DNA of 64,000 nt from NCBI GenBank assembly GCA_905331295.1, contig CAJNYD010000223.1, positions 62,001-126,000 of the forward strand. The letters are read 5' to 3'. The DNA comes from Rotaria socialis. Taxonomy: Eukaryota. This document shows, piece by piece, positions 27,865 through 37,726 of the stretch. Numbering within the stretch: position 1 is the first letter of the stretch; every line of letters starts with the position of its first letter. The notes below the pieces were generated by a model, which saw nothing but the letters and a program-made list of their open reading frames with translations, did not search any database and had not been told where the DNA came from. The position numbers and the translations under genes are program-made.

Positions 27865-28254
27865 TTATGTATGTGCGATGTTGATTACAGAGTGACCAGT
27901 TAGAATGTCAACAGATGCCTCACCAGCGCGTGTAGAGAGGAGACGAGGTTGATCCCCTTCATAATAAATAACCATTTTCTCCCATCCAGCCCTCCATTCC
28001 AAAGAACATCCTTCGGAACAACCTTCATTTAATACTTCATTCAGTGCAGCCTGACCATTTGACTTCTTGTACGAGAGTAGATACTTCTTATGTTGCCATC
28101 TGAATGGTAGTAAATGAGTCCAATTCGATGCCCAATTCGCTTTCCATACCAACTTTGAAATTCTATGTTGTTGTATTTCAAAGAATTCTACTTGCCCATT
28201 TCTGTATTCTAATAGATGAGATCCCCAATTAGCAAAGATCGTGCTGTTTGCCAT
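27865..28254 (-). CDS. Small intronless Trp-rich protein with short beta-repeat character; unknown function
   Basis: 129-aa ORF, GC-richer than its flanks, with repeated units W.S.WTHLLPF...YLLSY...GQ and WRAGWEKMVIY...LLSTRAGE. Confidence 0.6.
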   Translation of the reverse strand: MANSTIFANWGSHLLEYRNGQVEFFEIQQHRISKLVWKANWASNWTHLLPFRWQHKKYLLSYKKSNGQAALNEVLNEGCSEGCSLEWRAGWEKMVIYYEGDQPRLLSTRAGEASVDILTGHSVINIAHT

Positions 28255-30090
28255 GGCGAGTGAAATGCTTAACCGTTAATAATTAATTTAAATCAAAGCC
28301 TGAAATCATTAAACAAAACTCATGGATGTAAGGCACTTGTGCGAAGAAGCCCAAAAACGAGAGCGAAAATACTTTTACCACCAAGTGAAAAAAATACAAC
28401 AATCAATGCTGGTTCAAAATTGAACCTAGTGTTCCCTATTTGTCTTTGAGAGATCTTATGTGACTTCTGTTTGAATTTTTTCTTAAGTAACATATCCTCT
28501 CACTCTTCTATTCATTTGATGAGGTATGCAACTGTTGACACTTACCTGAGGTAATATTTGAAGCGCCGTGTAACAGAAATGAAGAACCATAATTTTTACA
28601 AAATAAAATAGAAAATGGGGACTGCGCAAGTATCCACGTAAATAAGAAACGCATTGCAGACACAGCGGGATGTGCCAACGTTTCTTACAGACACTTAGAG
28701 AACCTGTATAGGTTTTAGATACTAGGTAAAATGAATGCAAATAATACGTTTACTGTGTTGTTTTAAAACGCGTCTGGGCGCATTCATACTTTCAGCGACT
28801 CATAACGATGAAACATTAATAGAAGTTATCTAATCTTTGATAAGTGCTGCCGAATTGTTGAAATGAATAAAAACGTGTTAGAGAACAACGTATGTGAGTG
28901 CATAAAAACAATAATTACTGGAAATAAAACGCTATCTTGAAGAAAAAGAGTATACATGAAGCGAGTTATATACCAAGAGAAATACCTTTTAGTTGAGGCA
29001 ATTTTTTTATTAAGTGGAACAAAAATAATAAAGTAAAGCACGAGTCACCAAATCATTCTTCATCACGTAATTATATCTCAAGAGCAATAATAACTAGTTT
29101 TTCGTAAATTTTTTACTTGACGGTATTTATCTTATATGTATGTTCTTTTTATTGCAACATGTAATCATCTAGAATCACAGTAAGAGTCTAGCAGAGAGAT
29201 TTTTGAAAAAAACCCACAGCTTTGTTTATCACATCCATAATGGCTCGACGATATTCTTTATTTTGAATTGTTGTATTCAAATTGGGGTGTGTGCGTAATA
29301 TTGAGTCGCGAGTTAAGTTAAGAGTATCACTATTAACTATTCTAAATTTTTTTCTACATCATAACCATCTGCATGCTAACATTTTCAACGAAGTTATTGC
29401 TTGGCTTGTGCTTGTGTGTTATACAAGATTTGTTATGCTTAATAGATATTCAACTCAAAAATTTAGTAACAATGATTTAATGATGGAAAATCTGTGCTGT
29501 TAAATTTTATGAATAGAATAGGGGAGACTTTACATATAGCTTCCTTCATTCTCAAAAGTATCAATTACTACAATCCAAAGCATTAAAAAGGATTGCATGT
29601 TCTTTGTTTGCTGTTACTGTAACGGTGCTTTGGCAAACTGCATCGTATCTGTTATTAATAAAAAGCAAGAGAAACAAGAATGGTTTAAGAGAATGAAACA
29701 AATTTGTTAGCAATACATACGCAATTGATCTGTCGAATAATTTTACATGAAGGCCAGAACTTGCAATGTCATTAGCGAACGGAACACTCAAGCTGAACAC
29801 TACAAAACAAATAGGTTTTTAGTTTGGAAAAACATCGACATTCGCATAATTACTGACACGTTTTTCCTTTGTTAAAATATATGATAGCATAATCTATTTT
29901 ACCCAAATCAGCATGAAAGCTGAATACATATCGGAGAACATCTCCTGTGTTTATGTCTGCATTCGATCTAAAATCGAAACAATGAATGAAAAGTTTCAAC
30001 TTTTTCATTCTATTCTAGTCTTTTTACTTTTAAGTGTGGATGTGGGTGTGGGTATTTTGTTATTATGTATTGTTCTACACCCCCACACTC

Positions 30091-30853
30091 TCATAAATTA
30101 GATGAAGATCTGTTGAACCTGATAGTACATCTTTGTTTTTGTTATGGAATAGTTGCATTATGCATGAAAATCGAACATTTAACATGCTAGAGGAGTTGTG
30201 CAGCACATTGTGATAATATATAGTTTTTGTTCTTGAATAATTTTACTTGAACGTCATGAATCATTGTGACATAGGTTGGTGCAGGAACGTATTGACGAAT
30301 GCATCTTTTTCGATTCTAATATTTGTATTTGAGCAGAATATATGTCTATGTGTACTCAACGATGATCTCCTGCAATTTAAAAATAATGAAAAATTCATCT
30401 GTCAGTGTTTCATAAAATTATGACAACAGTGTTTCATAAAATTATGACAACAAACCTCCCGAAGGTTTTTGAATTTTTTTTTAACTTAAAAACTCTTATT
30501 TTTCAATGGCATGCACACAATCTGTTAGCTGGGGTTGGATCCGTCCTATACTTCCTATAATTCCTATGAAAAATGAAAAATAAAGTGCACTATTGCTTAA
30601 AAAAGCTTTTCTAATCAAAGTTTTGAGGTTTTTAAACAAATCGATTCGATACCTAGTGATTCTTTCATATACTTCGAATGTTTTATAGGGACATTCTTTT
30701 AAATACAATTCCTTTTCACACTATCAAGCAGACTAAATTTTTTTTAAAAAGTGACGCTTAATTAAATAATATTCAAACAAAGTAAGATAGTCTTTACAAA
30801 TGTTTGTATGCCTTTTAGAATCTTTTATTGTTTTCTGTTACATGCACGTACGT
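30091..30853 (+). repeat. Copy 1 of a ~730-760-bp duplicated non-coding segment
   Basis: Colinear and highly similar to 42876-43600 from TCATAAATTAGATGAAG to GCACGTACGT. This copy has an extra 24-bp tandem duplication at 30403-30450. Confidence 0.92.
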
Positions 30854-30902
30854 GAGGGTGGGTGTGGGTGTGGGCGATGGGAGAAGACACACCCACACCC
30901 TC
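30854..30902 (+). repeat. Telomere-like-repeat hairpin (family member)
   Basis: GAGGGTGGGTGTGGGTGTGGG-cgatgggagaagac-ACACCCACACCCTC. Related copies at 37662-37726 (inverted) and 63943-63987. Confidence 0.75.
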
Positions 30903-31648
30903 GAGATAGCTACATGGGGACGATTGGTGTTGATTTTTATAAGTTTCCTATTCGAGAAGAGAATCGTTTTGATTGTGTATTTTGTGGAAAACTCGGATGA
31001 CGAATCATAATGTAAAAACAATAAAATTGGTGATTGTAAGTCGAGTTCTATGATGATAATTTTGAATGATTTGTGATTTCTAGTGGGATACAGCTGGTCA
31101 AGAAAAATTTCAAACTATTGCAAGTAATATCATATTGGTAATTTTTGTTTCTCCGTAGTCGAATATGTTTTCGTGTTCAGGTAGTTACTATGGAGGTGCT
31201 CATGGTATCATCATTGTTTTAGACGTAACCAATTCGGCAAGAGATTCAAATATTGTTGCTGTTTTTCATTGGTAATTTCATAGGAATGGTTTGAAAACGT
31301 CAAAATATGGTTGGGTGAAATCGATCGATATGCAAATGGAAATGTCAATACTTTTTTGGTTCGAGATAAGTGTGATTTGTCATTGGCACGACTCATTAAT
31401 CAAGCATAAGCTAAAGTATACAAAAGAAGAAGATTTAGGTAATATTGTGTATTGTTTATTAAGAGTTCGCAAGTTCATCAAGGATCTTGCATATAGAAAC
31501 ATTGGCGAAGAATTGAACTAATATTGATCAATTGTTTAAGAATGTCTTAAGTGAGATCTTACAGGACAAATCCCAGGAAAACACTCATATAGTACTTGGT
31601 GGACAAAGAAAGTCTGAGAAATCTTCAAGTGGTATTTGTTCATCATAA
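30902..31648 (+). pseudogene. Decayed single-domain Rab1-like gene
   Basis: Exon remnants SYMGTIGVDF, WDTAGQEKFQTIA, SYYGGAHGIIIVLDVTN, WFENVKIWLGEIDRYANGNV, RDKCDL, HIETLAK. Premature TAA 31407 and TGA 31514, damaged splice sites. Ends SSSGICSS*. Confidence 0.85.
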
Positions 31649-32158
31649 AAAAAACGTCATTATATTGGTCTCAAATATTTGTTTTCTATATTTCACTTCA
31701 TATGATCTTTCTTTTTTGTCATTTAAATAGAATTCTGTTCAAGCACATGAGAAATCCATTAAGTTTTCCGCCTTTAATATTGAACTAAGTTTTTGCATTA
31801 GCTGATGAATTGTATGCCTAGTTAATATTGCTTGACATCATATACCTGTATGTTTTTCTTTGCTTTCTCACAAGTGGTCGTTTTCTTGCTTTTTTTTTAT
31901 TCCGAATCGCATGACTTATTTTAAGTTTTCCTCATCACAAGCGATTGCCCTCAGAAAATGCCTTGTTCTCTACTGATCACACACAAAAACAAATCTTCAG
32001 TTTTGCAATTTACGCGCGGCTGTTTTTTGCGTTCCTTCATTTGCGGTGCATACTAACACGTAAACGTTGAGTCATAGCGTATATGACTGCGTGGCATTCG
32101 TCAAGCGACAATAAAATCAAATTGAAAATTTCTAGACAGAGTAGAATGAAGATTCCAA

Positions 32159-35100
32159 ATGGCAACTAATGACAAGTGAGTGGTTATTTCGTTTACACAC
32201 AAACTCTCTATTCATTTTAGTGACCGATATGCTCAAATGTTACTCATCGGTGATTCAGGCGTTGGTAAAACAAGCCTTTTAAAGCGCTTCACTGTTAGTC
32301 ATGTCTATTTTCTTATGAGATAATTCATAGCTTCCATTTTTTAAGCTTGATATATTCGATGAGAGTTTTCATCCAACAATTGGAGTTGAATTTGTGAGTG
32401 TCTGCTTTTATTTTGCTGATTGCCACGAGTATGAATATTTATATTGTATATTCAGACAACGAACTCTGTCACAATTAATGGAAAAACATTGAAATTACAA
32501 ATTGTAAAGAATTAAAATTTGTATTACAATAGAGAAAATTATTCAATCTAAATATTTCAGTGTGATACAGCATTTCAAGAACGATATCGAAGCATTACAA
32601 GTATTTTTTTCTGAATTCTGCGTTAACATAAAATTATTTCATATTTTCAGACGCTTACTATCGTGGCGCACAAGCTGTCATCATTGTTTTTGATGTTACG
32701 AAAGCTGTATGCAATTTAACAGATCATTTCTTCTTCTCAAGTTATTCTATTTCAGGAGTCATTCGATAATCTCAAAATGTGGTTGGAAGAACTCAATCAA
32801 CATTTAGACCAAAGTGTAAAAAAGATATTAGTCGGCAATAAATATGATTTGATCTATGACAGAGTCGTTGGTCGTGAAACAGCGCAAGTATGTGAAAGAT
32901 CATCAACGTAAATATTTCGAGCTATCTTATTTAGAAATTCGCTGATTCCTTGAATATTCCATACGTGGAAACATCAGCGAAGGGATCAATGAATGTCGAA
33001 GAAGCGTTTAACATTCTGTTGACTCAGATTATGTCGATTCCTGAAGCAGCGTCATCGGAGAAGACCGCTCAACAAGAACCAATTCTAGATACAGCAACAG
33101 ATACACCTGAATAGTAATTCGTTTTACAATAACATTATTTAACGATTATATGCATACATTTTAGCTATCATCTATTTAAAATAATTCTAGTCGGAGATTA
33201 CAATGTTGGAAAGACGTCGCTGCTGTTGCGTTTTGTCGTAGATATTTTACACTATTTGTCTATCTCAAACTATCAATGTTCTTCTTTATAGGATGAAACA
33301 TTCAATGAAAATTCCATAACAACTCTCGGCGTTGATTTTGTAAGTTTTTCTTTCGAGAAAGACAACGAAACGCAACGTTTTTCTCGAATTCCCATAGAAA
33401 TGTCGAACGATCAAATTAAACGGGAGAAAAGTCATGCTACAGATGGTAAGTATGCCTATTTCGTAGGTGTACAATCTTATTTTCTGTCTAGTGGGATACA
33501 GCTGGCGAAGAAAAATTTGGAACACTTCAAAGTAAAATTTAGTTAGAAACTTTAGTGAAATACGTTATCTTCTTTTTAGGTCGATATTATGAAGGTACTC
33601 ATGGTGTTATAGCGATCATTGATCTTACGAATGAGGTATGCTATATGAGTAATATCGTTTCACTCAATATGCCGAGTTATTTCTATAGCAATCCTTGGAG
33701 AACATTGTTAAGTGGGGTGAGGAATTCGATCGACATCGACTAGACGCTACAAGCGTTGTAATAGTTGGTAACAAATGCGATTTGACACATGAAAGAGTTA
33801 TCGCTGCTGAAACCATCCAAGTGCGTAGAAAATCGAGTGATAAATTCGCTGAATTTGTCCTATTGAGTTTGCTAGAAATTTGTTGAATCGGCTGGTGTAA
33901 AATATATAGAAACATCGGCGAAAAATTCGATTAATGTTGAACAAGTGTTTCAAGCGATTGCTACCGAAATTATGTCTACTCTTCAACAAGCAGAACCGCC
34001 ACCAGAATCTAAGCCAGTGGAAACTCCTACACCGGTCAAACAGAATTAGTAAGTCGGTTATGATAATATGATTTTTCGACTGTCATAGAGAAATATTTTA
34101 GCGACTATCTATGTAAACTAATCGTCGTGGGCGATGCTGGGGTCGGCAAGTCATCGATCCTGTCGCGCTTTGCTGTAGATATATTTCGAAATATTTTTTT
34201 CTCAAAAACTTTCGAGATTTTCAATGTAGGATAATACCTTCGATGAAAGCTACCTTGCTACGATCGGTGTTGACTTTGTAAGCTTTTTACTCTATCATGA
34301 TTTAATATATAAAATTTATGCAGAAAATTTCCAAAATCGAGCGGAATGGAATAACAATTAAACTTCAAATAGTAAGTCTATTTTGGTAATGTGAATGATA
34401 GAGTGTGTTTCTTTAGTGGGATACAGCTGGGCAAGAAAGATTTCGGACTATCATAAGTAATCATTATCGAGGTGCACAAGGTTTCATCATAGTTTATGAT
34501 GTTACAAACGCTGTAAGTCATTTGCGTTTAGTTTTGTTGCTTTTTCATTGTCTCATGCTTCTTCTTCTTCAGCAATCGTTTGAGAACATTAAAGTGTGGT
34601 TAGATTCAATCGATCGAAATGCAAATGAAAACGCAAAGAAGTTATTAGTCGGTAACAAATGTGATTTAACATCCAGCAGAGTTGTTGATCAGACCGCTGT
34701 TCAAGTATGTTGAATCACTTTAATAGAAATTCAACAAGCTGTTTTCTTAGAAATTCGCTGATTCACTACACATTCCATACGTCGAAGTATCGGCGAAGAG
34801 TTCGGCTAATATCGAGCAGGTATTTGAGATCATGGGAAATGAGTTTATGTCGACTCTTCCGCTAACTCTCGGTCAGCAATGCGAAAGTAAAACAGTTAAA
34901 AACACAGCTTCGGCTACAAATGAACCGTAAGGGATTTATCATGGCACTCACAGAATAAAACAAAACAAAGTATTTCTAGGAACTATTTGCTAAAATTGGT
35001 CATCATCGGAGATTCTGCTGTTGGCAAATCGTCGTTACTCTCACGTTATGCGGTAAATAACTTTCCATGCGTTTGTCTTCGAAGCTATTGTTATTCTATT

Positions 35101-36753
35101 TAGAATAATACCTTCAATGAAAGCTTTATTCCAACCATTGGAACTGATTTCGTACGTTTTTCGTTCGGAAATATAATCGTATGAATCATCATCTGAAATG
35201 ATTTCAGGCATGTCGTACAATACAAGTTGATGGAAAAACAACTAAAATATCCTTTGTAAATATACGTCCCCAATGAATATCATGAAGAAATGTGTGTACG
35301 ATTTTTCTAGTGGGATACGGCTGGTCAAGAACAATTTCGAACTATTACAAGTAATTTTTTTTTCATTGTCTGCAATTGAATAAGATGAATACGTTGGTTT
35401 TTCAGATAGTTACTATCGAGGAGCCGATGGCATTATCCTGATGTTTGACGTGACCGATAGAGTATGTTATTTGAACGATTACTATATTCTCTCTCTCTAT
35501 CTCACTTGATATTAAATACCTGTTATTAAGGCATCGTTTGAAAATATCAAAATGTGGTTGCAGAATATTGAGCAGCATGCATCGAATAGTGTCAAGAAGT
35601 TATTAATTGGTAACAAATGCGATTTAGTATCACGCAGAGTTATCGATCACGACGCAATTAAGGAACTCGCTGAATCGTCAGGATTATCATATATGGAAAC
35701 ATCAGTAAAGAATGCAATCAATGTTGAGCAAGCAATCAGTAGCTTTGCTTCTGAAATATTAGCGACAAAAACAAATCCATTGCCTCGACTTGTATCAACA
35801 ATAGTACAGACATCTCCTGTCAATCAAAAGTCTGAAAACAAATCTTTTGTCAGTACAAAATCGAACAACTCCGAATAGTAAGCTCATAATGAGATGATTT
35901 CTTTCTCATAGACAATATATTTTAGTGATTATTTGTTAAAAATTGTGTTGATTGGAGACTCTGGTGTAGGCAAATCTGCATTGTTGTTACGCTTTGTTGT
36001 AAATAGTTTTTAATGTAGCTCTTTTTGTATTCACCGATCGTTTTTTATCTAGGATGATACCTTCAGTGAAGCTTTTCTCACAACGATCGGAGTTGATTTT
36101 GTAAGTCTCGCTCTCGGATAGTGCGTGATTTATTCTTTAAAATTCTTGTAGAAAATTCGGACGATTGATTATCATGGGAAAAAAGTGAAATTGCAGATTG
36201 TAAGTAGATAGTCATACGGTTCTTATTTTGAATATTATTTTTTGTTTCTAGTGGGATACAGCTGGCCAAGAAAGGTTTCGAATTATTACAAGTAGTACGT
36301 TTGTTATTTCTTTAGAAGTTTTTAATTCCGTATTTCTTTCAGATGCTTATTATCGAGGTTCACATGGTTTCATCGTAGTTTATGATATTACAAGTCTTGT
36401 AAGTGATTTGAATGTAATTCCGTTTCATCGGAGATTATTCTTTTGTTCTCAAGGAATCGTTTCAAAAAATCGAAATGTGGTTCAATTTAATCAAGGAAAA
36501 TGCAAATCAAAACGCTAAAAAGCTTTTAGTCGGAAATAAGCGTGATTTGACATCGCAGAGAATTGTTGATTATGCACAAGGAAAAGTATGTAGAGTTCGA
36601 AAATATAGTTAACTTGATTATCTATGTGATGCTGTTTATCAGGAACTCGCTGACTCGTTAAACATTCCCTATGTGGAAACATCGGCGAAGGATTCGACTA
36701 ATGTCAAACAATTATTCATGGATATGATAAGTGAACTCTTACCGAGTGTATAA
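32159..36753 (+). CDS. Single gene encoding five tandem Rab1-like small GTPase domains (~950 aa, 34 exons)
   Basis: ATG 32159 and five consecutive sets of G1-G5 exons. All introns are GT-AG and preserve frame. Domains are joined by phase-2 introns 33114-33164, 34049-34101, 34927-34979 and 35878-35925. Final stop TAA 36751-36753 after ELLPSV. Confidence 0.88.
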
Positions 36754-37312
36754 TCCAGATATCAGGACACAATTGAATTTTTTCCCTACTTTTATTCTCT
36801 GGATTTTTTTATTTGATATATACAATTGAGTGATATGCATCGAGTATATGAAAACTTATCCGCTAGGCTTGCATAAGTATATAAATGTTTCATAATATCT
36901 GTTCAAATTTGAGAAAAGAATCTCATCTTCATGTGGATAATGGCCAACATTTTTCAATGAAGCTACTTGTGACTTTTCACTACGCTCGAGCTAAGTCGAA
37001 TAGGAGATAAAATGCGGAAATAAGTGTTCGGTACCTCGTTGATTAATTGAGAATGCATTTGTGATTACGCCACTTTGCGAACAGAGTGGTTTAAAACTAA
37101 TCGTTTGACTTGTATTTTAACTAATATGTCGCTCGATTCGAAGCCAAATCGATTCACAATCAGTATTATTTCCATCTAGCACGATCGGTAAATCAGCTGA
37201 CAACAGATCGATCTATCTTTTGAAGAAAAGTCAAATGCAATCAAATAGTCTCAAATTTTGCCTGTCAGCAATCTACTTTGTCGAAAAATTCAAAATCAAC
37301 GAATAAAAAATG

Positions 37313-37389
37313 AAATGCAGAGCTAATTATGCCGACACGTTTCGTGTTATTTATTTAAACAATAAATCACTCATCAGGGCTCTGCATTT
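37313..37389 (-). ncRNA. Type I hammerhead ribozyme (Penelope-associated minimal-stem-III type)
   Basis: Minus strand reads GCAGAGCC-CUGAUGA-GUG AUUUAUU guuua AAUAAAU aa CAC-GAAA-CGU-GUC^GGC...UCUGC. Full catalytic core, stems I and II pair, GUC cleavage triplet at 37336-37334. Confidence 0.85.
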
Positions 37390-37661
37390 TCATTAGGAAG
37401 CAAAAGAAGCGAATCAATAAACTCTCAAAAAAAACTTGTATAATCAATAAAAAAAAGCTTTAAATAAAACATGCGCAATCAATTACAGACAATTAAACAC
37501 AATTAGAAAACAAATTCCTAAATTATCTGGCAAGTTCCTTGTGAAAGAACGGAACTTGTCGTGACTTTCTTTTTCACGATACACAACCGCATTCATCAAT
37601 ATTTGTTCAGACCCATGAAAGCAAATCCTGCAAGCAGTAACCATAAACTTTATTGTGCACC

Positions 37662-37726
37662 TGAGGGTGTGGGTGCGACTCCGCATGTGTCTTCTCCCAT
37701 CACCCACACAACCACATCCACCCTCA
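37662..37726 (-). repeat. Telomere-like-repeat hairpin (family member)
   Basis: Reverse complement GAGGGTGGATGTGGTTGTGTGGGTGATGGGAGAAGACAC...CACCCACACCCTCA matches 30854-30902. Confidence 0.75.

Noticed and set aside
30496..30708. Similar short ORFs at 30496-30708 and 43203-43391 suggesting a conserved small protein
   Set aside because: The similarity is a by-product of the DNA duplication. Indels and stops differ between copies and the starts are non-ATG or not shared.
32159..36753. Reading the Rab array as five separate tandem genes, or as an assembly-collapsed repeat
   Set aside because: Only ~50 nt separate the domains, each gap is a canonical frame-preserving intron, and none of the units ends in a prenylation motif. 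The units are strongly diverged and differ in intron content.
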